Source: Berkelbacteria bacterium GW2011_GWE1_39_12 (lineage in GTDB: Bacteria; Patescibacteriota; UBA1384; UBA12157). Taken from it: a stretch of 64,000 nucleotides of DNA. Below are positions 55,347 through 64,000 of this stretch, piece after piece. Numbering within the stretch: the first letter of the stretch is position 1; each line of letters starts with the position of its first letter. The stretch spans positions 784,298-848,297 of the forward strand of contig CP011213.1 in the NCBI GenBank assembly GCA_001029735.1, given 5' to 3'. The notes beneath the pieces were generated by a model. The model saw only the letters and a list, made by a program, of their open reading frames with translations. It had not been told where the DNA came from and did no database searches. Both the position numbers and the translations under genes were made by a program.

Positions 55347-56587
55347 AAAGGTTGATATTGTGTAGTATTGCACTGTTATGTTTGTTTTTCGGTTCTTCGG
55401 TCGTCAATGCGGACCCAGCCACCAAAATTACCAATGTCTTTCAGGATACAGATATCCGCCAAGCCTTGGTCACGATAGCAGTCCAAGCTGGTGAAAATGT
55501 TGTCCCTGACTCATCGGTCGGCAACATGACTGTCACACTTGATTTGAAAGATGCGCCGTTTGAGGTTGTTTTGCAGATGATCTGCGACTCAGGCGGTTAT
55601 TCGTTCATCAAAGACGAGCATTGTTATCTTGTCGGCCAGGCCGTGCCAACTAACCCGAATTTTGACAGATTCTGCACCTCGGAAGCAGTTAAGCTGAAAA
55701 ACAGTGAAGCTTGTGAAATGGTTAAGGTTTTCAATCAATTTTACGCGCAGTATGTTAAGGCCGGCGGAACAAGGGAAAACGTTATAGTAATCTCTGCTCC
55801 ACAACGCATCAGCCAAGCTATTAAGAAGATAATTCAAGAAATCGATCAGCCAAAGAGACAGATCGAGATCGAGGTGATGGCAGTTGAAATCCAGAAGGTC
55901 AAGGGAAGAGATTTTATGCTTGATTGGACGGAAGGAAGGCCGGGCGTCAGTGGAGGAATTGAGACTCTTTCATTTGCGAACTTTGTGTTTGGTTATACAA
56001 ACACATTGTCCAAGAATGTCCTAATCGGGCTCAAAAGCGCCCTTCAAAATGGAGTTGCTAGAGTTCGTGCGAATCCACGGATAACGACAATGGACGGATA
56101 CGAAGCTTTATTTTCCTCTGGACAAGAAGATTACTTTGACACTTCCAGTCAGAATCCGAATGGATGGCAGACTGGTAAGCTCGAAAAGATCGAGTCTGGT
56201 GTCAAATTGAAAATACTGCCACGTCTAGCAGAAAATGGAGAAATCAATCTTTGTATAACGCCGGATGTGTCAGACGTCATTGGAAAAACCGAACAGGGTT
56301 TACCAAGACTTAATGTTCGGACAATGACAACGACGCTTCGGGTTAAAGACGGAGAAACGATTGTTATGGGAGGTATGCTGAGTGAGATAAGCAGATCCTC
56401 TAAAAAGAAATTGCCGATTCTAGGAGACCTTCCTCTGATCGGTTTCGCTTTCAGAAGCAACTCGACGTCCGCGATTGTGACCGATATGGCGATCCTGGTG
56501 ACGCCACGAATAGTCAACGATCTTACAACGCGAACATCTGTTGAAGCCAACTCTGATCTTCTTGAAGCCGTTGGCGAAAGACGATAA
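55343..56587 (+). CDS. type II/III secretion-like secretin (short GspD/PilQ family)
   Basis: FQDTDIRQAL N-domain, IDQPKRQIEIE, ANPRITTMDG, VKDGETIVMGG, KLPILGDLPLIGFAFR, ILVTPRIV. Confidence 0.92.
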   Translation: MKRLILCSIALLCLFFGSSVVNADPATKITNVFQDTDIRQALVTIAVQAGENVVPDSSVGNMTVTLDLKDAPFEVVLQMICDSGGYSFIKDEHCYLVGQAVPTNPNFDRFCTSEAVKLKNSEACEMVKVFNQFYAQYVKAGGTRENVIVISAPQRISQAIKKIIQEIDQPKRQIEIEVMAVEIQKVKGRDFMLDWTEGRPGVSGGIETLSFANFVFGYTNTLSKNVLIGLKSALQNGVARVRANPRITTMDGYEALFSSGQEDYFDTSSQNPNGWQTGKLEKIESGVKLKILPRLAENGEINLCITPDVSDVIGKTEQGLPRLNVRTMTTTLRVKDGETIVMGGMLSEISRSSKKKLPILGDLPLIGFAFRSNSTSAIVTDMAILVTPRIVNDLTTRTSVEANSDLLEAVGERR

Positions 56588-56747
56588 AATAATATACATT
56601 TATACGGGAGTAGTCACATGACTGCTCCTTTTTAATTACAATTAAAAACGCCGAGCGGTAAACTATCCGAATTGTCGAAAGAATTATAAATTTTAATAGT
56701 TGAAAAATATATTTATCGGCTATATATTAGATATATAAGGAGAATAT

Positions 56748-56924
56748 ATGAAAATACAGGACAATGGGCCTGCAGGTGCAGTTTATGGCATGGGTTTCGT
56801 TGGCGCATTGGTTTATTTCTTAACCAATGCCGGAACTTTTTGGATTGGCGTTTTGGGCGTTCTAAAAGCCATTGTTTGGCCAGCCATCTTAGTTTACGAA
56901 GCCCTAAAGTTTTTAATTAAATAA
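56748..56924 (+). CDS. 58-aa small membrane protein (below ORF-track cutoff)
   Basis: AAGGAG RBS; GAVYGMGFVGALVYF..GTFWIGVLGVLKAIVWPAILVYEAL. Confidence 0.85.
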   Translation: MKIQDNGPAGAVYGMGFVGALVYFLTNAGTFWIGVLGVLKAIVWPAILVYEALKFLIK

Positions 56925-56977
56925 AATACGGAACAAATCAGATAGCGGAAAATTCGATGTAATAAATTACAATTTAA

Positions 56978-57102
56978 ATATCAAGAAGCGGTGAGAGATT
57001 TGGCTCGTTGACCCGCTACCAACCGTTCGACTAGTTGTCTAAAGGCGCTCACGGTGGTAAATCCAACCCGAAAGGGAAAGATACGGCAAGTGCAAAACTA
57101 GC
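56978..57102 (+). ncRNA. SAM riboswitch (SAM-I superfamily, SAM-I/IV-like)
   Basis: TATCAAGA..GAGAGATTTGGCTCG..CCAACC..GGTGGTAAATCC..CCC-GAAA-GGG-AAAGATA; CTAGTT can pair with downstream AACTAG; upstream of metK; terminator CTTTCC-AATC-GGAAAG-T7 follows. Confidence 0.88.
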
Positions 57103-57147
57103 TTTTTCTTTCCAATCGGAAAGTTTTTTTGATATAGAAAGGACAAA

Positions 57148-58107
57148 ATGCGAACAGCCGAATGTGTGAGTGCCGGCCATCCGGACAAAATTTGCGATCA
57201 AATTTCCGATGCAATACTAGATGAATGCTTGAGACAGGATCCAATGTCTCGTGTGGCAGTTGAAACTATGGGTGGTCATGGGAAGATTTTTATTTGCGGG
57301 GAGGTTACCACAAAAGCGGAGTTTAATGCTAAAGAAATTGCCATCAAAATTTATCGTGAGCTAGGCTATGAAGATGAGATAAAAGTGATTTCAAATATTG
57401 TTAAGCAAAGCCCAGATATTGCTTGCGGCGTTGATACTGGCGGGGCGGGGGATCAGGGAATAATGGTTGGTTATGCGTGTAACGATAACGAGCAGATGAT
57501 TCCGCAGGAATTATATTTGGCGAGAAAGATTTTAAGTCAATTACCAAAAAACTTTGGGCCGGATGCCAAGTGCCAAGTGACATTGGATAAAAAAAATAAT
57601 ATTGAAACAATTGTTTTGTCAGCTCAGCATACTGAAGGACAGAATTTAAAACCTCTTGAGAACTTAGTAAAAAAATATAATCCGAAAAAGTACTTTGTAA
57701 ATCCGACGGGCAAATTCGTGATCGGTGGTTTTTTTGGCGACACCGGTCTAACTGGACGCAAACTGGCTGTTGATAATTATGGCCCTCAAGTACCAATCGG
57801 CGGCGGCGCTTTTTCCGGTAAAGATCCAAGTAAAGTAGATCGCTCTGCTGCATATATGGCTCGTCGAGTCGCCGTAGATTTATTGAAAGAAAAAAAAGCA
57901 AAAGAAGTACTTGTTAAGATCGCTTATTCAATTGGTATAGCAGAGCCAGTGATGGCGATCGCTGAGATTGATGGTAAAAGATTTGAAATAACAGGCTATG
58001 ACTTAACACCTCAAGGCATAATTAAATATTTGGATCTAAGGAAACCGATTTATCTTAAAACTGCTAAACTAGGTCATTTCGGCAATAATCTTACTTGGGA
58101 CAAATAA
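57148..58107 (+). CDS. metK: S-adenosylmethionine synthetase (compact form)
   Basis: GHPDKICDQISD, GAGDQG, DTGLTGRK, GGGAFSGKDPSKVDRS. Confidence 0.97.
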   Translation: MRTAECVSAGHPDKICDQISDAILDECLRQDPMSRVAVETMGGHGKIFICGEVTTKAEFNAKEIAIKIYRELGYEDEIKVISNIVKQSPDIACGVDTGGAGDQGIMVGYACNDNEQMIPQELYLARKILSQLPKNFGPDAKCQVTLDKKNNIETIVLSAQHTEGQNLKPLENLVKKYNPKKYFVNPTGKFVIGGFFGDTGLTGRKLAVDNYGPQVPIGGGAFSGKDPSKVDRSAAYMARRVAVDLLKEKKAKEVLVKIAYSIGIAEPVMAIAEIDGKRFEITGYDLTPQGIIKYLDLRKPIYLKTAKLGHFGNNLTWDK

Positions 58108-58183
58108 AAAGGGGTTATCCGCTTGACAAATATGACAAATGGGTTTATTTTGTATTAAGAGTGATTACGTACGGAGGTTGCAA

Positions 58184-58396
58184 ATGTCTGATGATAACAC
58201 TCGTGTGACGGGCCTATGCAATGATTGTATGGCTGAACAAGATGTGGTGCTTGTACACGAGCTGGATAACGACGAGTTTGCCAAGAACAAGATAAACAAC
58301 AACATGCATCTCAATTTCATCCTATCTCCTCACAACTTCGGCGGCGCCATTTGCCCTGGAGTAGGGCAGCATCCAGTTGATTTGTACAACGTGTAG
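58184..58396 (+). CDS. small hypothetical protein (stand-alone cassette)
   Basis: GGAGGT RBS; CNDC...H...C; TTGACA upstream; AAACCGGC-TTTT-GCCGGTTTTT terminator. Confidence 0.65.
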   Translation: MSDDNTRVTGLCNDCMAEQDVVLVHELDNDEFAKNKINNNMHLNFILSPHNFGGAICPGVGQHPVDLYNV

Positions 58397-58460
58397 CTTG
58401 TTTTTTGGCCATTTTTTTCAAACCGGCTTTTGCCGGTTTTTTCTACCCTGTTGCGTTATC

Positions 58461-58682
58461 CTAATCTGAGATCTCTACAATTTTATTTTTATTCTTATGC
58501 CCGGCGTTAATTGTTATTAATGACTTGGGCTTTTTAAAATATTTACTTAAAGCATCAATTATTGCGCTGTTGGCTTTACCTTTTTCCGGGATAGCAGTGA
58601 CATAAACTTCGTAGGTGAGGTCATCTATTTGTTTGACAAGTGTTTTATTGGCGTTTGTTTTCGCATTTACAATTATTTTCAT
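58461..58682 (-). CDS. DUF167/YggU family protein
   Basis: VYVTAIPEKGKANSAIIDALSKYF..PKS. Confidence 0.92.
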   Translation of the reverse strand: MKIIVNAKTNANKTLVKQIDDLTYEVYVTAIPEKGKANSAIIDALSKYFKKPKSLITINAGHKNKNKIVEISD

Positions 58683-58706
58683 AAAGTTATTATAACAAAA
58701 AACCGC

Positions 58707-59414
58707 CTATTGTTTAGGCGGCTTGGTAACAGCCGTGATGTTTTTTGGCGCTTTGTGCCAACGAAAGACAATATGGAAAGGACTCTTACCCTTAACAACA
58801 TGTCCGCCGTCAGTATTAATCGCTTCATCGCACTTAAGAACATTGGCGAAAAAACTGGCCAAAGTTCTAATATTAGTACGACTCTGAACTATGTATATAT
58901 AGCCAGAGGTAAAACCCATGCCCATTCTGTCGGTTTCTGCATCAATAAAGACCGTTTTAAAACCATCGTAGCGAAAAGGCTTGATCATCTGTCCTAAGGC
59001 AACAGCATCGATTTCCTTATTCTTATTAAGAAGCTGGTAGTCTTGAGACAGGTTGATGCGGCCATCCGGATGGATAGCAAGAAAATACCGCCCAACCTCG
59101 CGTCCTTTTACCTTTACACCGTTACGACGAAAGTAATCAACTGGAAGATTGGTTCTGCAGTCATAGAAGTTGCCAGAACAAACCGCAAAACCACCGAGCC
59201 GCTTCTTAGCTCTTTCTTTCTTTTCGCCACCAGGTTCATAGGAAATCACTGCCTCAACGTGGTTGCATCGAGGCAGCTGAACAACGAGGAATGTTGCGCC
59301 TTTGTACTTGGTAACCCAAGGTTTCACTATATGCTTGGGATGATTTTGGGTCCAAGAGGCGCACGGCAAGGCAAGTAAAGCAAGAACAACAAGAACTATC
59401 AGTAGAACTCGCAT
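58707..59414 (-). CDS. secreted protein, phosphodiester glycosidase (NAGPA)-like
   Basis: Signal peptide; SGNFYD, RMGMG, LKCDEAINTDGG. Confidence 0.65.
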   Translation of the reverse strand: MRVLLIVLVVLALLALPCASWTQNHPKHIVKPWVTKYKGATFLVVQLPRCNHVEAVISYEPGGEKKERAKKRLGGFAVCSGNFYDCRTNLPVDYFRRNGVKVKGREVGRYFLAIHPDGRINLSQDYQLLNKNKEIDAVALGQMIKPFRYDGFKTVFIDAETDRMGMGFTSGYIYIVQSRTNIRTLASFFANVLKCDEAINTDGGHVVKGKSPFHIVFRWHKAPKNITAVTKPPKQ

Positions 59415-59593
59415 CTTAGACCTCCTATTGTTAAGGTAGATTTATTATGGCACAAAAGCGAAAACAGTCCAAAAAGTATATCATTCTGCAAGCGCTGTGT
59501 CAATTGGTAATTGACTATATTGCTCAACCTGATAAAATGGTGTAGGATTTAAATGTAAGTAATTAAGAAATAGCTGCTTTAGGAATAATTAAT

Positions 59594-60868
59594 ATGAGAA
59601 TAATTGAAACATTTCAAGAAATCTTTACGATGAAAGATTTGCGTAATCGTATTTTGTATGCGGTTGGGCTGTTGTTGGCTGCAAGAATTTTAGCGCATGT
59701 ACCATTACCGGGTGTTGATCTTGATGCCTTACAAAGCTTTTTTGCAAGAAACCAAATTTTCGGTTTATTCAATATGTTTTCCGGCGGCGCGATGGAAAAT
59801 TTTTCCGTAATATTGATGGGTGTCGGGCCATATATTACCGCAACGATTATATTTCAGTTGCTTACCATGATAATTCCAGCGATGGATGAACTTAATAAGG
59901 AAGGCGAAAGTGGTCGTGCAAAAATCAACTACTGGACTCGAATTGCCACCGTGCCTTTAGCGCTTGTTCAATCGTTTAGTATGATCCGGATTTTACAAAG
60001 CCAAAGTATTTTAGGCTCCTTAGAACCTTTACAATGGGCAACCATTCTTGTTTCGGTTACTGCTGGTACTATTTTATTAATGTGGCTGGGTGAACTTATA
60101 ACGGAAAACGGCATTGGAAACGGCGTTTCCCTTATCATTGCTTTAGGTATTATCTCCGCCATTCCAGGCCAAGTGCGAAATACCTTACAATTAGTTGATT
60201 CTGGTATGATTGTCGGTTTAATTATTTATATTGCCATTTCAATTGCCGTTGTTGTGTTAATTGTGCTGGCTAACGAGGGTACGCGGCAAATTCCAGTTTC
60301 CTATGCGCGGCGAATACGAGGGCTAAAATCATATGGCGGCGTTGATTCGTTTATTCCTATTAGAGTCAACTCAGCCGGCGTTATTCCAATCATTTTTGCC
60401 ATGAGCATTTTACTTGTTCCAGGTGTGGTGGCTAATTTACTACAAAATGCAAAATCCGAATGGTTAGCCAGTTCTGCTGCACATATGGCAACTTTTTTCC
60501 AGAATAATCTTTACCAGGGAATCATCTACTTTATTCTTGTAGTAGCCTTTACCTATTTCTACACAGGCATTGTATTAAAACCAACCGATATGGCCGAGAA
60601 TTTGCAAAAGCAAGGCGGTTTCATTCCAGGCATCAGACCAGGCACAGAAACGTCTAATTATTTGAGTAAGGTCGTGCTATATATTACTCTTTCAAGCGCA
60701 ATCTTTCTTGGCGCAATTGCTGTTTTACCATATATCGTCCAAGCTATCACCAATATTAATACACTTGTTCTAGGTGGAACCGGTATCTTGATTATGGTTT
60801 CGGTTATAATTGAAACGATGAGACAAATTCAGGCTCAGTTAGCAATGAGATCGTACGATAAATATTAA
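59594..60868 (+). CDS. secY: preprotein translocase SecY
   Basis: MGVGPYITA, MWLGELITENGIGNGVS, GVIPIIFA, FIPGIRPG. Confidence 0.99.
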   Translation: MRIIETFQEIFTMKDLRNRILYAVGLLLAARILAHVPLPGVDLDALQSFFARNQIFGLFNMFSGGAMENFSVILMGVGPYITATIIFQLLTMIIPAMDELNKEGESGRAKINYWTRIATVPLALVQSFSMIRILQSQSILGSLEPLQWATILVSVTAGTILLMWLGELITENGIGNGVSLIIALGIISAIPGQVRNTLQLVDSGMIVGLIIYIAISIAVVVLIVLANEGTRQIPVSYARRIRGLKSYGGVDSFIPIRVNSAGVIPIIFAMSILLVPGVVANLLQNAKSEWLASSAAHMATFFQNNLYQGIIYFILVVAFTYFYTGIVLKPTDMAENLQKQGGFIPGIRPGTETSNYLSKVVLYITLSSAIFLGAIAVLPYIVQAITNINTLVLGGTGILIMVSVIIETMRQIQAQLAMRSYDKY

Positions 60869-60875
60869 ACCGTTT

Positions 60876-60921
60876 ACATATTCACCAGCATGTTCCGCGG
60901 AAATTTACTTCTTAAATTATC
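60876..60921 (+). other. hairpin-GCGGA-hairpin element downstream of secY (weak first stem)
   Basis: ACAT attcaccagc ATGT TCC GCGGA AATTTA cttct TAAATT ATC. Confidence 0.75.
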
Positions 60922-60978
60922 GAGACTATGCGTCAGATTCAAGCACAATTAGTAATGAGATCATACGATAAATATTAG
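60916..60978 (+). repeat. diverged duplicate of the last 20 secY codons
   Basis: Encodes IIETMRQIQAQLVMRSYDKY* versus secY IIETMRQIQAQLAMRSYDKY*, with many synonymous changes. Confidence 0.93.
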
Positions 60979-60987
60979 GCTGTTCAA

Positions 60988-61980
60988 ATGACAAAAAAAA
61001 TTATATTGATTGTCGGAACAATAATCGTTTTGTTTTTTAGTGCTTTTGTTTTGCTTAAAATCCAACAAAACAAAATCAATCAAGCGGAAAATACAAATAA
61101 TTCAAGCCAAAATACCTCTTTAGTCAAAGCGACGGAAAGTACGAAGCTAAATGGCAAAATTTACTATATTTCCTACAAAGAGGGCAGTTTAGAGATCAAC
61201 TCTTATAACACTTCAGACGATAAAATAACTACCGTTTATTCAGATAAAGACGAAGAATATAAAATTGGGAAATTCGGCAATTTTACAAACCTTTCATCGG
61301 AATTTTTGGCTACTATTAAAAATAGTAATAAGGAGAAGCTTGTTTCTTTTAAGTTTAACGATAAAGCGGATATGCACGTTTTAAGAGAAGATTTTTCCAT
61401 TTCAGAATCCTTTGCCGCCGATCCATTGGGTAAAGAGATCTATTATAGTAAAGAGTTTATTACTGATTCTGAAACAAAGCATAATTTATATCAAGAAACT
61501 CGTGATGGAAAAAACCAAAGGTTGCTTTATCAGGCCAATGCTCCGATTTTAGATCTATCAATTTCGATTGATGGCCAAAAGGCGTTTTTTACCCAAGACG
61601 ATAACAGAATAATAGGCTTAGATTTAAATACTTTTGAAGATGAACAGATTTATAAAACAGGCGACAAAATTTTTGATCTTTCTGTTTTATCAAACGGCAA
61701 TTTAATTTTTACCGAAGCAAACGAAAAAAATATTAACAGTTCAATTGTTTATTTAATTAATTTAAAAACCGGCGAGCTAAAAAAAGATTTGTCTTTGAGG
61801 GAGAAGATGTTATCGTCCGCGATTATCTCTCCGGATATGATCGCCACAGGCGTTGTTCAAAAGAACTTTGAGGACAATTTTAATGACATGCAAACAGGTG
61901 AATTAAGTACAATAAGGATTGGTAGTGATAAAATAAATACTATTGGCTCCGGTATTCATATTATTTGCTGGAAGCCATAG
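60988..61980 (+). CDS. membrane-anchored beta-propeller-like protein
   Basis: N-terminal TM helix; repeated TolB-like ADPLGKEIYY, ISIDGQKAFF, ISPD units. Confidence 0.75.
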   Translation: MTKKIILIVGTIIVLFFSAFVLLKIQQNKINQAENTNNSSQNTSLVKATESTKLNGKIYYISYKEGSLEINSYNTSDDKITTVYSDKDEEYKIGKFGNFTNLSSEFLATIKNSNKEKLVSFKFNDKADMHVLREDFSISESFAADPLGKEIYYSKEFITDSETKHNLYQETRDGKNQRLLYQANAPILDLSISIDGQKAFFTQDDNRIIGLDLNTFEDEQIYKTGDKIFDLSVLSNGNLIFTEANEKNINSSIVYLINLKTGELKKDLSLREKMLSSAIISPDMIATGVVQKNFEDNFNDMQTGELSTIRIGSDKINTIGSGIHIICWKP

Positions 61981-61992
61981 CAAAGGAGTGGA

Positions 61993-62682
61993 ATGAGCAA
62001 AAGCGTTAAAACATTAATTGCTATTTTAATCTTTTTTGCAGCTATTTTTGCTGCAGGTAACGGTTACTTTTATGCTAAAACTGTTTCACTAGAAAACACG
62101 ATGAATAACAAGGATGACTCAGCTATAACAAAAACGAAAACTACAGATACTGTTTCGGCATCCATAACTACCACTACTCCTGTCAAAACCACTGACACAA
62201 CTACTGTTGCAACTTCTAGTACTGACAGTCGCCCATCGAGTCCATCGGATACAGTCGTCGTTGGTCAGGGTGAAACTTTGTTTGCCATCGGTCAAAAAGC
62301 TGGAGTTAGTTGGACACAGATTGCCGATGCCAATGGTATAGACGCAGATAAGATTAAGGTTGATCAAACTCTTATTATCCCTAAAAATAATCAAATCGGT
62401 TTTACTGTAAATAAAGATATGGCCGCAAGTTTACAGAAAGATGTTGATGCTGGCAAATATTTATTTAGACTTACAGCGGTAGACACAGCTAAAGCAGATT
62501 CTCCATCTGCTTACGGAATTACCTCTACTGATACTTTTGCCCAAGCATCAATCGATGAAACCGCGGGTTCGGCAACAGTTACTGCTAAAAAGGGTGACAA
62601 GATATATTTGATAACGTTAATTCAACCGTCAACAAAGGGTGCAAAGGGAATTTGGGCAATTGAATCGATTAAATCAAATTAG
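61993..62682 (+). CDS. LysM-domain surface protein with Thr-rich linker
   Basis: VVGQGETLFAIGQKAGVSWTQIADANGI. Confidence 0.88.
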   Translation: MSKSVKTLIAILIFFAAIFAAGNGYFYAKTVSLENTMNNKDDSAITKTKTTDTVSASITTTTPVKTTDTTTVATSSTDSRPSSPSDTVVVGQGETLFAIGQKAGVSWTQIADANGIDADKIKVDQTLIIPKNNQIGFTVNKDMAASLQKDVDAGKYLFRLTAVDTAKADSPSAYGITSTDTFAQASIDETAGSATVTAKKGDKIYLITLIQPSTKGAKGIWAIESIKSN

Positions 62683-62721
62683 CGATTTATGAATCGAAAG
62701 TAGTTAAACAGAAAAGGAAAA

Positions 62722-63369
62722 ATGCAAAGTTTCATTTTTTTAGGGCCACCAGCTTCCGGTAAAGGAACGCAGGCCAAAGATTTAGCCGAAAAGTTAGGTT
62801 TAATCTATTTCGGAACGGGTGATTTCATGAGGGCTGAAGCAAAAAAACAAAGCCATTTCGGTCAAATCTTTCAACGTGTTTGGGATGAGGGTAAAGGCAA
62901 TTTAGTAGACGATGATATAGTATTAGAATTCGTTAAGGCTAAAATAGAAGAAATTGGTCAAGAAAAAGGTTTTGTTTTTGATGGTTTCCCAAGAACCATT
63001 AAACAAGCGGAGTTTCTTAATCAAGAGCTCAAGCATAATTTAACCGTTTTCAATATTGAGGTTTCAGAAGATTCTATTGTTTCCAGATCAGGCACTAGAA
63101 AAGTTTGCGAAAATTGCGGAAAAATATTCTTTAAGGCGCCGGTAGACAAGCGAAACTGCGAAGTTTGTGGGGGAGGATTAATTCATCGTCAGGAAGACAC
63201 TCCGGGGGTTGTAAAAAAGCGCTTAGAGGTTTATAATCTTCAAACAAAGCCATTAATTGATCACTATAAAAGTAATAATGCATTAGTAGAAATTGATGGT
63301 GAACCAAATATAGAAGAAGTCGCATTGGAAATTGAGGAAAAGGTCAATGAAAGAAGAAGTAACAATTAA
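62722..63369 (+). CDS. adk: adenylate kinase (Zn-lid type)
   Basis: GPPASGKGTQ, FDGFPRT, CENC..CEVC. Confidence 0.96.
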   Translation: MQSFIFLGPPASGKGTQAKDLAEKLGLIYFGTGDFMRAEAKKQSHFGQIFQRVWDEGKGNLVDDDIVLEFVKAKIEEIGQEKGFVFDGFPRTIKQAEFLNQELKHNLTVFNIEVSEDSIVSRSGTRKVCENCGKIFFKAPVDKRNCEVCGGGLIHRQEDTPGVVKKRLEVYNLQTKPLIDHYKSNNALVEIDGEPNIEEVALEIEEKVNERRSNN

Positions 63370-64000
63370 ATCAGCCGAAGAAATAGTAACAATGAGAAAA
63401 GCCGGCTACATAGCCGCATTGGTTTTAGATACACTGAAAAAAGAACTGAAACCAGGAATGTCCACCTATGAAATTGACCAGATTGCAGAAAAAACCATCC
63501 TTGATAACGGTGCCACGCCTTCATTTAAAGGTTTTGGCGGTTTTCCTGCTGCAACTTGTATCTCGGTGAATGAAGAAATTGTTCATGGTATTCCTTCAAA
63601 AGGTCGCATAGTTAGGGAAGGCGATATAGTTGGAATCGATGTCGGGGCCTACTACCAAGGTTTTCACTCAGATACGGCTGTTACACTTGCCGTCGGTCAA
63701 ATTAGTCAGGATAAACAGAAATTACTGGATGTGACCAAAAAATCGCTTATCGAAGCAATAAAACTTATTAAGCCCGGTATTCATTTGGGTGATATTCAGG
63801 AAACAATCCAAAAGATAATCGAGACAGAAGGTTATGGTGTCATACGCGATCTGACCGGCCATGGAGTTGGCAGGCAGCTTCAAGAGCCACCGCAAATTCC
63901 AAATTATGGTAAAAAAGGAACAGGTTTAATTTTGAAAGAGGGAATGACTATTGCTGTTGAGCCAATGGTTTCGATTGGAACCTGGCAGGTCAGAGTTAAA
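63347..64000 (+). CDS. map: methionine aminopeptidase type I (3'-truncated by window edge)
   Basis: MKEEVTIKSAEEI, CISVNEEIVHGIP, DVGAYYQGFHSDTA, LTGHGVG, AVEPMV; missing from the ORF track because no stop lies in the window. Confidence 0.97.
   Translation, partial: MKEEVTIKSAEEIVTMRKAGYIAALVLDTLKKELKPGMSTYEIDQIAEKTILDNGATPSFKGFGGFPAATCISVNEEIVHGIPSKGRIVREGDIVGIDVGAYYQGFHSDTAVTLAVGQISQDKQKLLDVTKKSLIEAIKLIKPGIHLGDIQETIQKIIETEGYGVIRDLTGHGVGRQLQEPPQIPNYGKKGTGLILKEGMTIAVEPMVSIGTWQVRVK

Noticed and set aside
56944-56976. AGCGGAAAATT... upstream of the SAM riboswitch as an eighth copy of the element
   Set aside because: It lacks the preceding C and a convincing stem 1, and no ATG follows; at best a degenerate copy
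38606-59593. Integron or prophage interpretation of the accessory block
   Set aside because: No integrase, no recognisable RYYYAAC/GTTRRRY attC sites and no phage structural genes; genes lie in both orientations with their own promoters

Overview
Core-genome segment of an AT-rich bacterium, most consistent with Patescibacteria/CPR (inferred from the absence of rpmD/L30 between rpsE and rplO, a short IF2 and divergent ribosomal proteins). It carries gyrB-gyrA, infB, cdaA-cdaR, obgE, rpoBC, the str/S10/spc ribosomal clusters, metK with a SAM riboswitch, and secY-adk-map. These operons are repeatedly interrupted by stand-alone genes that have their own sigma70 promoter and terminator, including a ~21 kb accessory block between rplO and secY. 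One IS200-type element and several REP-like palindromes are present. The most unusual signal is an unnamed ~40-70 nt element found seven times: [AT(G/A)]-hairpin-C-GCGGA-hairpin(A-W-TTT...AA-W-T)-AT(G/A/C). Its stems vary in sequence but keep pairing. It sits at the start codons of infB (twice in tandem), rpoC, rplP, rplF and a CAP gene, and between secY and a synonymously diverged copy of the secY 3' end. A secretin-containing three-gene operon in a presumed monoderm lineage is also notable. All calls come from reading the sequence; no searches were run.
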